This document shows positions 12,483 to 24,100 of a DNA stretch of 64,000 bases, one piece after another (positions within the stretch are counted from its first letter, which is position 1; every line of letters starts with the position of its first letter). A program made the translations under genes and the position numbers. Source of the DNA: Histomonas meleagridis 2922-C6/04-290x (taxonomy: Eukaryota > Protista > Parabasalia); NCBI GenBank assembly GCA_020184695.1, contig JAANOX010000019.1, positions 124,001 through 188,000 of the forward strand, in the 5' to 3' direction. The notes under the pieces are model-generated. The model did no database searches. It was not told the origin of the DNA and saw only the letters and a program-made list of their open reading frames with translations.

Positions 12483-14846
12483 TCACAACAATTTTTCACT
12501 ATTAGTCAGCAGCAAAGCCGTCGTCAGATCACTTTTCCTTCTATTTACGAAGAAGAATACGCCAATGAACAACGCGAACAAGCACAAAAACAGAATTCCT
12601 ACGATCATTGCAAGCGGCGATTGCTTTTTCTTTTCTGGCTCAGGTGACGGCGTTGGCGGCATTGGCGTTGGGGTCAATATTCCGGGCGGAATCGGGCATT
12701 TTTCATTAAGTTGCAAAGGGAATTGTTCCGGAATAGTGTCCAATCGATTAATGATACTTATCGGCTGTATCATTGTTACGCATGATCCCAAAATGTTGTT
12801 ATGCCAAGCAGGAACCACGGACAGTATACAATGTATACATTTATTCCCATTATATTTTATGGAAATTGGATTTAATAAACTTTGGAATGACGTAAATAAA
12901 ATAGTATTATTGTCAATATCATATAATGTGATATATAAGTTCTGGGAATGAGTGCCATCGATCCAATAGTCCGCTGACATGGAAGGCGATATATTGATCG
13001 TAACTGTGTTTGTGTCGGGATCTAAATAATAAACTTGATATCGTGTGGGTTGATATAAGAAATAGCCTTCGTTGACATTTAATAATGTAAGCTTGGTTTC
13101 GCCATATGATTTGGTGGCAAGATTCTCCGCTATGAGGTATAACGATTTGTTATTCGAAAATAAACATGGAATGGTAATGGTCGAATTAGTATTGGTTTTT
13201 CTGTCTAAACTGGTAGGCCAACGACTGTTACGTAACTCGTCACTAAGATAAAGTGTGACATTGATGGTTTCGTTCGAATTTAATTTGATGGTAAAATCAT
13301 CACCACATGGAATATTAGATTTGGAAGGCGTGATGACAACGTCGCTAGAGCCTTGAAGTTTTTGATATGAATTTCCTCCACGGTCATGGTTAATGTAATT
13401 AATATTGGGTTTTTGAATGCAGCCATTAACCTTCATCTCGACCGAGTGGATAATGGGTTCATCACCAACAGAATCGCTGTTAAATATCAACTCCCAATCT
13501 CCATTCGGATCTTCTCCAAAGAATGCACGCATTGTAAATGAGAAAATTCGTTTTTCATATGAATCAGATTTAAATAAAGAGAACTTTTTAACATTTGTGA
13601 CAATGCCTGATGGAGATTTAAGAACAAATCTTAATAAAGAAAATTCTTTTGCTGTTAAATTAAGTTTGAGCTGAACGGTTTCTGTGAAAATAACCGTCGA
13701 TGATATGGAGAGTGTGAAACTTGATGAACCTCTTCTCATGGTTGGAACAGTTAAATTCGTAAAGAAGTTGAACAATTCGGACTTTTGTGAAGGTAGGGCT
13801 TTCCAGGTACTGACAGCCGTACGTAATTTATTGAGATTAATACGACCAAATCCATAAAAGTTAGAAAAAAGAAGATCAGGAGTAGAGGTATTTCGCCAAG
13901 ATGGATGCTTTGGATCATTGTATGTAGATGTAAGAATAATTAATGCTTGAACATCACGCCAAGTTAAACTTGGATTCATTTCAAGAATTAGAGCAACTGC
14001 TCCGGCTACAATACCAGCGCCAGCTCCAATTGGAGGTTGATCACTTTTACATCCGGTGGTACTTGCGATGTCAAGTCCAGGAAGATATGGTTTATAATTA
14101 TCATGAAATGTTGAGCTTCCACCTGCTGGTGCATTTGCAATAATATTCGATCCATGTGTTGACCAAGCGCTAGAAGAGCCTCTATTTCCAGTATCAGAAA
14201 TGACCATTACTCGTGGATGTCTTAATAATGAATTGAAATTGGTGTCGCTAGAAATGAATGCATCATCACCTGCACTTGCTATAAAATTAACGCTTGAAGG
14301 CGCACTGTCTAAAATTTGTTCTAGCTCTTGATCATCATCTTCATATTCACAAAACTCTTTAGATTTTGGTGGAAATGCAAGAACTTTGACTCGAACTTTG
14401 TCATTGTTTCGTTTGAGTGCATTATAAAGATTAGATTTAGTATATGCTTTGTTAAATAAATTTGTACACGAAATTTTAGACAATGGTGCAACACCAACTG
14501 AGCACAGAGAATTAGCACGTGCAGAGGATAAACCTGCTATATATGTTCCATAGCCTGGATTTGTTTCTTCTAAATCTGGTGAAGGATTACTTGAATTTGT
14601 TAAGTAATTCCATGATGTATTTACGTCAAAACCATCTGCTAAGTCTTCGTGTTGAGAGCAGCCATTACTTATAACATTTATTAAGATATTTTTTCCAAAA
14701 ATATTGTTGTCCCAAATTTCTTCAATATGAATATCTTCATTTGCAATACCAAAGAATTGCCCCGTGTTGTGTAGAGAAAATTGGTCTGGATAATCTGGAT
14801 CAGTTATGTTAAACCCAGAAATAAAAGAAAAGAAAACAAAAAGCAT
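12483..14846 (-). CDS. Kexin/furin-like S8 subtilase homolog with P-domain and C-terminal TM; catalytic residues appear substituted
   Basis: VGVAP, LEMNPSLTWRDVQAL, YGFGRIN and P-domain FFGEDPNGDWEL motifs; signal peptide; TM at the C-terminus. Confidence 0.85.
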   Translation of the reverse strand: MLFVFFSFISGFNITDPDYPDQFSLHNTGQFFGIANEDIHIEEIWDNNIFGKNILINVISNGCSQHEDLADGFDVNTSWNYLTNSSNPSPDLEETNPGYGTYIAGLSSARANSLCSVGVAPLSKISCTNLFNKAYTKSNLYNALKRNNDKVRVKVLAFPPKSKEFCEYEDDDQELEQILDSAPSSVNFIASAGDDAFISSDTNFNSLLRHPRVMVISDTGNRGSSSAWSTHGSNIIANAPAGGSSTFHDNYKPYLPGLDIASTTGCKSDQPPIGAGAGIVAGAVALILEMNPSLTWRDVQALIILTSTYNDPKHPSWRNTSTPDLLFSNFYGFGRINLNKLRTAVSTWKALPSQKSELFNFFTNLTVPTMRRGSSSFTLSISSTVIFTETVQLKLNLTAKEFSLLRFVLKSPSGIVTNVKKFSLFKSDSYEKRIFSFTMRAFFGEDPNGDWELIFNSDSVGDEPIIHSVEMKVNGCIQKPNINYINHDRGGNSYQKLQGSSDVVITPSKSNIPCGDDFTIKLNSNETINVTLYLSDELRNSRWPTSLDRKTNTNSTITIPCLFSNNKSLYLIAENLATKSYGETKLTLLNVNEGYFLYQPTRYQVYYLDPDTNTVTINISPSMSADYWIDGTHSQNLYITLYDIDNNTILFTSFQSLLNPISIKYNGNKCIHCILSVVPAWHNNILGSCVTMIQPISIINRLDTIPEQFPLQLNEKCPIPPGILTPTPMPPTPSPEPEKKKQSPLAMIVGILFLCLFALFIGVFFFVNRRKSDLTTALLLTNSEKLL

Positions 14847-15214
14847 TTGACACTTTTATAATATCCTTTTAGTCATTTCAACAAAATTCCATCATATATA
14901 CTCATTTACAATCAATAACACAGCATGCTTTTGTACGAACGTATGTTGCTAATCCATGTTTATCATATTTATATTCTAATGTTTCTTGACATGTTATGAT
15001 ATGTTTAAAATATCTTCTACCAACCTTTTTTATAAGATTTAAAAATCAAACTGCTTATTGAAACCTCAAACAATTCGTTATGTTGATCAAATGATAAAGG
15101 ATCTTTGGAAATTCACTAATTATCATGCTGTTACTGTTGGCTTTTATGCAACAAGCAACTCATTAAATCATTTTTAATCTAGCAATTTAAAACATTTAGA
15201 CTTTTACTTTAAAT

Positions 15215-15823
15215 TCAGTTTTGTTGATAATTAAGTACCATAAGAGAACTATGAGCATTAGAACCCTGAGGTATTCCCTGTATCTGAGCCATACTCATTC
15301 CAGGGATTGTACCCATTCTACTTATTTGTTGATTCATTCCGCTTGATGGAGGCACATCACCTATTTGTCCTACTCCAGACATTTGGTTCATTCCATATAT
15401 TTGACCCATTCCTTGTATTGGATATCCCATTTGCATCATTGCGAATTGATCATAATTTGGAATCGCTTGACTACTCTTTGCAAGCAACTCGTGTAGTGTT
15501 CTTTTCCTTCGAGCTTTTTGGTAAGTATAATCTGGGTGATCACGTTTAAATTCTTCTTGTAATTTTGCAGCTTCCTTTTTATATTGAAGTTTTGTATCAT
15601 TTGGTACTTCTTTCCACATTTCCCCAAGAATGCGACTGATTTCTATGTTCGAAAGAGAAGGATTTTGTTGATGAACTTCAGAACGCATCGCTTGCGAATA
15701 TAATATGAAAGCATTTGGTGGCCTTTTTGCATGACTTTCACTTCCTTTAACACTTGGACCTGAAGAAGCAATGAGTTGCTGCCAATTTGAACAAGAATCA
15801 AAAGTTCCGTGTTGTGTGTACAT
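15215..15823 (-). CDS. HMG-box protein (SOX/MATA-like) with Q/M/G-rich tail
   Basis: KRPPNAFILYSQ...NPSLSNIEISRILGEMWKEV...YKKEA...HPDYTYQ. Confidence 0.9.
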   Translation of the reverse strand: MYTQHGTFDSCSNWQQLIASSGPSVKGSESHAKRPPNAFILYSQAMRSEVHQQNPSLSNIEISRILGEMWKEVPNDTKLQYKKEAAKLQEEFKRDHPDYTYQKARRKRTLHELLAKSSQAIPNYDQFAMMQMGYPIQGMGQIYGMNQMSGVGQIGDVPPSSGMNQQISRMGTIPGMSMAQIQGIPQGSNAHSSLMVLNYQQN

Positions 15824-16812
15824 TCAATAAATGAAAACCGTGTCAATTTTGTGGGTTGATCTGAAAAAGTTCCATTACAAAAAACGAAAACACACGCTTT
15901 TCAATTATCAATAACTCAATTTTCTGTCATTTGGTCATTAGACCATTGTAATTGGTAAAAAACTGAACTCATTTTTTTTTTTCTGTATGAGTTCAAAAAG
16001 ATTTTGAAAAATTGATTCGTAGAACTTAATTTTACAGAATTAAATTTGAAATTATCATGGAAATCCTTTGTTACGAAAACTTTGCATTCATTTTTATATG
16101 GTATTTTAAACAGTTATTCGAATTTGAAAGATCTTAGTTCTAGATTCCTTTACAAGTGGTATTATTTCATAAATATTCAAAAAAGTTAGGAATGGAAAAT
16201 AGAAAATATAACCAAGAAACAGAAAAGAGTATATAAAAATGCCAAAATCAAACTAAAACATTTCATATAAATAAATATGAAACATGGTAATTCTAGAATT
16301 TCAAATTAATTTTAGAAAGATATGATATTGATCATGAGTTTAGTATATTGAAATTTTTTAATACTAATATTGTTTAAATACACAAAATTATATGTTTACA
16401 TTCAGGCTATAAGAGACAAGTTTCCTCAAGCAACTGTAACAAATTGTTAAGTTTATTTTGGATTTGAATTTGCCAAACACAGATATTGAATTTTTTCTAT
16501 CATTTTTCTGGAAACATGAGTCAAGCATTCCAAACGAAATAACACTCGGAAAGGAATTGTTGTTCGAAAAAGAGCGTCGTGGATAACTCTAGTATTGATC
16601 GTTTATTAAATGATTTTTTATTAAAATCATATAATTAATTTTTCTTTTCAACCCTAACTAAACATTACTGCTTATTGGCATTCAGGAAGACATTGTGTTC
16701 CTTTAGTTAAAAATCATTTTCTTTTTCACAAAATGTTTCCTGAAACATGGCCATTCAGTCAGTTAAAAGTTGATACAAACCGAAAATAAAGTTGTCAAAA
16801 AACAATTAATTG

Positions 16813-18138
16813 ATGAGTGGTAAAACGAACCATGAAGAATCCCTCTTTGATAAGATCGCAAATACCGAGGAATTCAACCCACACCTAGCTAGTGAGGGAG
16901 CAGAATTCAAACATTGCAGCGATATGGAGCAATTGGATCAATATCAAGAAAATCTCAAAAAGAAATATAAAGATATAAAAGCAAAGCTCAATAAATCTGC
17001 TGACGAAGTGCCCAAATTCCCTGAATTTGATGATGGATTTAATTATAAAAAAAATTTTTATGATAAAAACGATAAAAAAATCCTTAATCGTTTTGGTCAA
17101 GATTCTCTGATCTACATTATGGCAATTCAAGAACGTGCAGAGAGGAGAGCAAACTTTAAAAAAATATATGATAAATATCGAGAAAAATATGATCAACTTC
17201 TAAAAGAGCACACCAAAGATCAAAAACTTAACGCAAAATTCTCTATATCAGAATCATCTGAAGGCGATTATAATATTTCTGAATATTCTTCTGATGAGCC
17301 ACAACACAAAGATGATAGGCGAAAGACAAAAATTCCCTGGAGCAAAATATCCAAATCCCAAGTCTTTCCGAAAGATCTTGTTGATCATATCAATAATCCC
17401 AATTTCGAAAACATCATAGAGAAGCAGCTTATTAAAACCAAAGATGGTCACATTGTACGAGTTATCTCAGTTGATAAAGCTGATTCTCCATATACTGTAT
17501 TTGATAAACCATTTGATAAGAAGTTTCAAGTCTTTGACTTTGTTGAAGACAGCGAAAGGACACTACGTGTCGATGACTTCAGTTCGGAGAGGTTTACGCA
17601 AGAAGATTTTGATCGGATTCGAGAAGATTATAATCCAAAGTTGAAAGATCTTAACGAGAAAATCGAACAACTTCACTCTCTTCGAAACCCTACGCGCGAT
17701 CCGAGTGAAGAGAAAGACCTTCGATATAACATGGCAATTAGTGGTCAGATTACATCTCTTGAATTTCTTGAAAGTGTTCTCCGTGAACAAAAGAAGATTC
17801 TTTTTGATCTTAATGCGCTCGAAAGCCCTGACGAAAAGGTTGAGGAATCGATTAAGTTGCAAAATGAAAAAGTTGCAAAGATAAAAGAAATCATACATTC
17901 AAGAAATTCATTTCTACAGCCTCAAAATATAACATCTGAAGAAGCTAACGAAGAAAATAATAAACAAATGCAAACTGAAGAAAAGCATAGAAGGATGCAA
18001 GAAAGAGCACGAGAACACGCAGAGATGGCAAAGAAGGAGCAACAAAAGATAACTTCGATGCAACAAAAGGATTTGTTGAAGAATGCATTCGGTGATGATG
18101 CAGAAGAGGAGGAGGATGACGATGATATTACCTTTTAA
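16813..18138 (+). CDS. Hypothetical charged/coiled-coil protein
   Basis: ORF of about 440 codons; first ATG at 16813; no recognisable domain. Confidence 0.7.
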   Translation: MSGKTNHEESLFDKIANTEEFNPHLASEGAEFKHCSDMEQLDQYQENLKKKYKDIKAKLNKSADEVPKFPEFDDGFNYKKNFYDKNDKKILNRFGQDSLIYIMAIQERAERRANFKKIYDKYREKYDQLLKEHTKDQKLNAKFSISESSEGDYNISEYSSDEPQHKDDRRKTKIPWSKISKSQVFPKDLVDHINNPNFENIIEKQLIKTKDGHIVRVISVDKADSPYTVFDKPFDKKFQVFDFVEDSERTLRVDDFSSERFTQEDFDRIREDYNPKLKDLNEKIEQLHSLRNPTRDPSEEKDLRYNMAISGQITSLEFLESVLREQKKILFDLNALESPDEKVEESIKLQNEKVAKIKEIIHSRNSFLQPQNITSEEANEENNKQMQTEEKHRRMQERAREHAEMAKKEQQKITSMQQKDLLKNAFGDDAEEEEDDDDITF

Positions 18139-18423
18139 CAAATATAATAATAAAGTTATGAATTCACAGTTTGGATGAAATGTGAATTGTTGTAAATCGT
18201 TTAATAAAGAAATTTGTGAGTGAAAAATGTTTTTTCTGAAAAATGAATTAATTTCATCGGTACACACTGAAAAGTTATATTGAAAATTGTATCGTTACAA
18301 ATAAAACATTGAAAAATAGTGAAGGGCATCCCGAACGATAGAAATGAATTCACAGAGAAATTATCGTTGATATTGACGAACGAAAGAGAACTTACAGTAT
18401 AGGTTATTTTAGAGAACATATGA

Positions 18424-19773
18424 TTAAAATCCGCGAGACTCATCCAGTTCTATGAAACCAAACGAATCATATTGCTGTTTCTGTGATTCACTTTGAACAA
18501 TCTTCTGTTTTTTCATTGGCTTTTTTGGTTCTGTTCCATTCAGAAAGTCCCGTAATTGCTCATCGTCGTCTTTCTGTGAGAAGAAATCTTCAAGATCTTC
18601 TGTGGAATTCTTTTTTATATCTGGTTCTAGTGGAGTCATTGAATAGTTAGGTTCAGCCGTGGGAAGAAACGCGAAGTCGTTTTCTTCATTCTGTTTATTT
18701 TGAGTAGATTCAACTTCAAGCAAATTTATGTTTTCATCATACTTAGGTTCTTTGGGCGGAGGATTGTTTTGAGGATTTTCTTTTATAAGAGAGGCATCAC
18801 ATGCATGCTCATTAAAGAAGTTTTCGAGAGCATTTGTATCAGGTGCTTGCAAATCTGAAAGTGCATCAGCAAGAGGATCTTTAGGTTCATCAATGTCGTA
18901 TTCAAATTCTTGATTATTTGTAGTCTCTTCTTGAGATGGTTCTGGAGTATTATTATTGTTACGAGTGAAAAGCGACGACACTTTTCCATAAAGCTTAGAA
19001 AATCCACCAGCAATTATTCCAAATTTGGAAGTTTGTTGTTGGTTTTGTGGTTGCTCTTGTTTTGTTTCTTCTTCGGCTTTTATGGGAGCTTCTACATGTG
19101 TTTCTGTTTTATGATTATCTCCCATTCCAAAAAATGATTGTAGAGCTGCAAGGCGATTTTTGCTTTGAGTGTTTGATGATTTGTTTTCTTCGGGCGGTGG
19201 TTCAAATGTAACAGATTCATATTGAACATGCTTAACTTCCGGCTCTTGTAAAATTGTTGGATTATCGATTTGATCCAAAAGATCATCAATAGAATAATCA
19301 GGGTGGGACTTTTCTTCATCAGCACGGGCTGAGTAAGATAGTATTTCTTCATCTGATCTACATGTCAATTTTGAAATTGGTAATTCATGAGGACCTGGGA
19401 TTGATGGGTTGATCCATTTTTTATTAACATATTTATCTCTGATAAAACGTTCCATTGAACTCCTGTCATTGGGATCTGGTCGTTGAAAGTCTGGAGGGAG
19501 ATTGTATTCCCAATAATCATTTGCCTTCTGATTTCCAATATATTTCATTCGCATTTCTTGTTCAGGTTCCCATGAGTCAAGGTTGCATGAGCGAACAAAA
19601 GAAATATGAGTTCCGAGTGATCGATGAATTCCTGAACATTCAAGACAAATAAAAATACCAAGATTACAACTTGCCCATTTTGGTCGGTGTTTTTTACAGT
19701 CAGCACAAAGGTAATTTTCTGGAAGTTTTAATAAGCTCATTACGAGTTTAGATGTTTTCGCACCAGGCTTCAT
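18424..19773 (-). CDS. ARF GTPase-activating protein (ArfGAP)
   Basis: CADC-x16-CLEC zinc finger followed by SGIHRSLGTHISFVRS and FIRDKYV. Confidence 0.93.
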   Translation of the reverse strand: MKPGAKTSKLVMSLLKLPENYLCADCKKHRPKWASCNLGIFICLECSGIHRSLGTHISFVRSCNLDSWEPEQEMRMKYIGNQKANDYWEYNLPPDFQRPDPNDRSSMERFIRDKYVNKKWINPSIPGPHELPISKLTCRSDEEILSYSARADEEKSHPDYSIDDLLDQIDNPTILQEPEVKHVQYESVTFEPPPEENKSSNTQSKNRLAALQSFFGMGDNHKTETHVEAPIKAEEETKQEQPQNQQQTSKFGIIAGGFSKLYGKVSSLFTRNNNNTPEPSQEETTNNQEFEYDIDEPKDPLADALSDLQAPDTNALENFFNEHACDASLIKENPQNNPPPKEPKYDENINLLEVESTQNKQNEENDFAFLPTAEPNYSMTPLEPDIKKNSTEDLEDFFSQKDDDEQLRDFLNGTEPKKPMKKQKIVQSESQKQQYDSFGFIELDESRGF

Positions 19774-20156
19774 TTTTATAGGAAATTGAAAAGAAAATGA
19801 TCGTTAACCCAACAAAATGGAACAAGAGATTAACTTGGGTAAAGATTAATTTTTTGTTTTTGTAATAAATAAAAACATGAACACTCAGATTTATCTTATT
19901 GAAATTTTCTATATAATAAAAAAATTTTATAAATGGTCATTATAACGAATAGACTGAAGGTTTTTTAATTCATTGATATTATTACAGAAAAATCAAGATT
20001 GATTATAATGAAGTATTTAAAAATTAAAATTAAGAAAGATATAATTTATTAACAAAAAAAAACTATTCATTTCGATTGCTCAATTAAAGAGTACGAAACA
20101 ATTTCATCCTGATAAAATCATAATTGATTTCAATAAAACAGGTGCATAGTGAATTT

Positions 20157-21038
20157 TCACACATTAATTCTGTTATTTGTTTGTTGCGGTATTGGCGGAA
20201 GTACCATATCATCATTGTATTCCTTTAATTGATAATTTGCCACAACATAATCATTTTCATCATCTCCATAGGTAGCAGACATTGCTACTCTAATTCTAAA
20301 TTTATAAGTCAATGAAACAAACAGGAAAATTTGGAATAATGACTGAATTAATACAATTAGCCAAGAAGGTAAAATATTTTTCACAAACAAAGAAATGCAA
20401 AATATTATGGCAATACAGAAAAAAATTATAAGAGAAATAAACCTAGTAAATTTTAAAAGATTAACTTTTCGATATGATGGTGTTGTTACCGGATCAATTC
20501 CCCTTTCTAAAATTAATTGTAAATGTGTTTTTAATGCACGAAGTGAATCTGAAGAAAAGAAAAAACATACAAAAAAGAACATTAAATAAAATAAAACAAA
20601 AAATCCCAATGAAATCCATGTTGCTATCATATTAGTATCAGCATTAGTACTTAGTGTAAATTCTTCAAGTTCATATAATGATACAGAATAACCAATAGAT
20701 GAAACAACAATCAATATATATTTATATACTGGCAATTTATCAAACACAATTGAAAGTCCAGAAGACATTATTAATGAAATAGATGTAATTAATATGTATT
20801 TGAAAACTTCTGCAATAGCTAAAAATGTTTCATATAGAGAACCTCCAATGCAGAGGTTAAGTATTCCAAATATTACCGAAATTAGCGAAGTTAATATTTC
20901 CAATAAAATGTAAATTGAAATAATTTTGTGAATCAATGCTTTTATTTTTTTGTGGTGAGCCGAATTCACTTTCCAGCAGGTTAATATTACACAATATAAG
21001 ATCATTTCTATTGATTTAATTATGATTATTTGCAACAT
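20157..21038 (-). CDS. Multi-pass membrane protein with about 7 TM segments
   Basis: Seven hydrophobic stretches counted by eye, followed by a polar C-terminal tail. Confidence 0.65.
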   Translation of the reverse strand: MLQIIIIKSIEMILYCVILTCWKVNSAHHKKIKALIHKIISIYILLEILTSLISVIFGILNLCIGGSLYETFLAIAEVFKYILITSISLIMSSGLSIVFDKLPVYKYILIVVSSIGYSVSLYELEEFTLSTNADTNMIATWISLGFFVLFYLMFFFVCFFFSSDSLRALKTHLQLILERGIDPVTTPSYRKVNLLKFTRFISLIIFFCIAIIFCISLFVKNILPSWLIVLIQSLFQIFLFVSLTYKFRIRVAMSATYGDDENDYVVANYQLKEYNDDMVLPPIPQQTNNRINV

Positions 21039-21143
21039 GTTTTTCTTTTAAGAAGAAATTAACGTATAATACCACAAACGGTTTCCATACAAATGAATTT
21101 GAGCGAATTGAATTCAATTCAAACGAAAGTTTACTGACAACTC

Positions 21144-24100
21144 ATGAGTAAACCCAAAGTAAAAAGACAGAGAATACAAAGGAATACTGAACAGCATGTA
21201 AACCCAGCGCCACATGCTCCACCACCAATGCAATCACATGTTGATGTATCTCAATTTGAAATGCAACGAAATTTGATCAAACAAATGCGACAGTCAGGGC
21301 AAACAGACACTGCTGACTTACTTGAGCTTCAAATGGAACTTCAAATTAAACAAGAAGAAGTCAAAGGACTTCGTTTACAAGGCCAAAAAGAAGCTGCTGA
21401 TCAACTCAATTCTCATGTTGAAGATCTTATCCAGAGGATTACTGCCTTGCAAGATAGGCTACAAGGTTTTACAGCACAACCACAACCACAATCTCCACCA
21501 GTTCAATCACCACCACAACAACAGCAACAACAAGCCCATACTCAACCACCACCAGTTCAACCAGCATCACCGCCGCCGCCACAAATCCAACCATCATCGC
21601 CACCTCCCCCATCCCCATCTCCTCAACCACAATATAAGCCATCACCACCACCTCCACCACAACATCAGCCTCCATCACCACAATATCAGCCACCTCCACC
21701 ACAACATCAATCTCCTCAACCACAGTATCAGCCTCCATCACCACAACATCAGCCACCTCCTCAATCAGAAGTAAGGAAGAAGAAAAACATAAAAAGCAAA
21801 CAAATTGGCGGAGGCAAAAAGGAAGCACCAGTTTCGCCGCCTCCACAGCAGCAAAAGCAAGTCACAGGCAAGCAGTCCACTGTTGCTGCAGGTGTTATTT
21901 CACTTCTTGGGCAGACGCCAACCACATCAGCACCCTCGAGTAATGAAATTGTTGAATCTGATGATATTCCAGACATTGATATCTTTGATGAAAACGGCGG
22001 TCTTAAAACCAATGAATTATCATCATATTCAAGTTCATCATTATTACTTAATACGTCTGTAAGTGGCGGGTATGTAAGTACAGCGCAATTAAGGCCAAGC
22101 TTTTTCGGAGCTGATGATGAAAAAGTACCGCAATATTGCCATAAGAATTATGATCTATCCAAGCTCAAACGTTCAGAAGCTGTTAAGATAATGGGGAAAT
22201 ATTCTACATATGAATATGCAAAATATTTTGGTCGAAAGATGGAGGAAATTGAAGAAAGATTTGAACAAGAATATAAATCAATGGCGAAACAAGATACACC
22301 ACCTATGGTTATTGAAGAAGAAGAAGAAAAAACTCAAGGAAGAAAAGATGTAGAAAAGATTATGGTTGGATTAACAGGTACAATGACTGATATCGCAATG
22401 AACTTCATGTTGACAAAATGTAACTTCACAAAAATACCATATAAAGCGCCTTCATTTGATTTCGAAAAAGGAGGTCTAAATGATATTTATACATATAGTG
22501 TAGATGAAGCTTCTAATTATATTATGGGAAAAACAAATGATGACTTAACTATTAAGAAGATGATTTCTGATTTAGAAGTAACAATTGGAATTCAAAAAGA
22601 AAACGAAGAAGAAGAACAAATTGAAGTTAAAGAAGAAAATGAAACGAAAGAAGAAGAAAAAGAGGAAAAGGAAGTAATACAAAAAGAAGAAAAAGAAGTA
22701 AAAGAGGAAAAGGAAGTAATAAAAAAAGAAGAAAAAGAAGAACAGAAAGTCGAAAAAGAAGTGAAAGAAAACATTGAAAAAGTAGAGAATGATGAGAAAG
22801 AAAAACAACCAAAAGAAGAAACAAATAAAGAAGAGGAGAAAGAAGAAACGAAAGAACAGCCGAAGGAAGAGAAACCAAGTCCACAACCAAAGCAAAACTT
22901 GAAGGAAATTCCTATTTCTGAAATGATGAAGAACTTAAGGACAATGGTCGGAATGTGGGCAACCGAAAACGCGCAGAAAAGCACCAACGAAGCTGAAAAG
23001 CCACCAACACCAGAAGCTAAAGAAACGAAAGAAGAAGCTAAAGAAGAGCCAAACACTGAGAAGAAAGAGAACGAAACTAAGGAAGAAGCGAATGCTGAAA
23101 AGAAAGAAACAGAAACTAAAGAAGAACCACAAGCTAAAGAAGAACCAAATTTTGAGAAGAAAGAAGACAAAGCGAAAGAAGAACCAAATGTTGAGAAGAA
23201 AGAAGACAAAGCGAAAGAAGAACCAAATGTTGAGAAGAAAGAAGACAAAGCGAAAGAAGAACCAAATGTTGAGAAGAAAGAAGACAAAGCGAATGTCGAG
23301 AAGAAAGAAGAAAAAGCGAAAGAAGAACCAAATGTTGAGAAGAAGGAAGACAAAGCGAAAGAAGAACCAAATGTCGAAAAGAAAGAAGAAAAAGCGAAAG
23401 AAGAACCAAATTTTGAGAAGAAGGAAGACAAAGCGAATGTTGAGAAGAAAGAAGAAAATGATATTCAGCCAAAAGAATCGAATGAGACAGAAGAAGATGA
23501 CGAGGTGGCGCTATACAAAGAGCTGTTTCAGGATGACGACGACATCAACTATCCCAAAGAGATCGCAAGGACGTATGCCTCAATGATTGGCGATACGCCA
23601 AGTGATAAATTTGTATTTGACTTATCAAGCCATAACTCATTCAAGATAATAATGATGATATCAAGTTTCTTTGCAGATGGTTTAAAGGAAACACCACAAA
23701 AATTATTCCAAGAAATGAATCGAATTCTATTGGATGATGAAAACGAGAAATTAATTTTCAAAGACTTCAAGTTGACCGTTAACCCTCCAAAAGGAAAAGT
23801 GACACCGGTTATGATCGTTGTCAAAACTGTTATTGAACTTCTTATTAATGGATATTGTTCAGAATTATTACGATACTTTAATAACAATGAATCATTTAAA
23901 CGTGAATATTATTATGAAGATTCGCCATTTATGAACAATGAAGTTAATGAATCGATTTCAGAAATCATTAATGAGATTGAATGTCATAAATTCATAGGCC
24001 AGTTTCCATATTCTGAATTACCAATTACATTCCAACCAATACCATCCACACAAATCTCAAAGAGATTTACTAACATTATTAATAATTATATTTTAATCTC

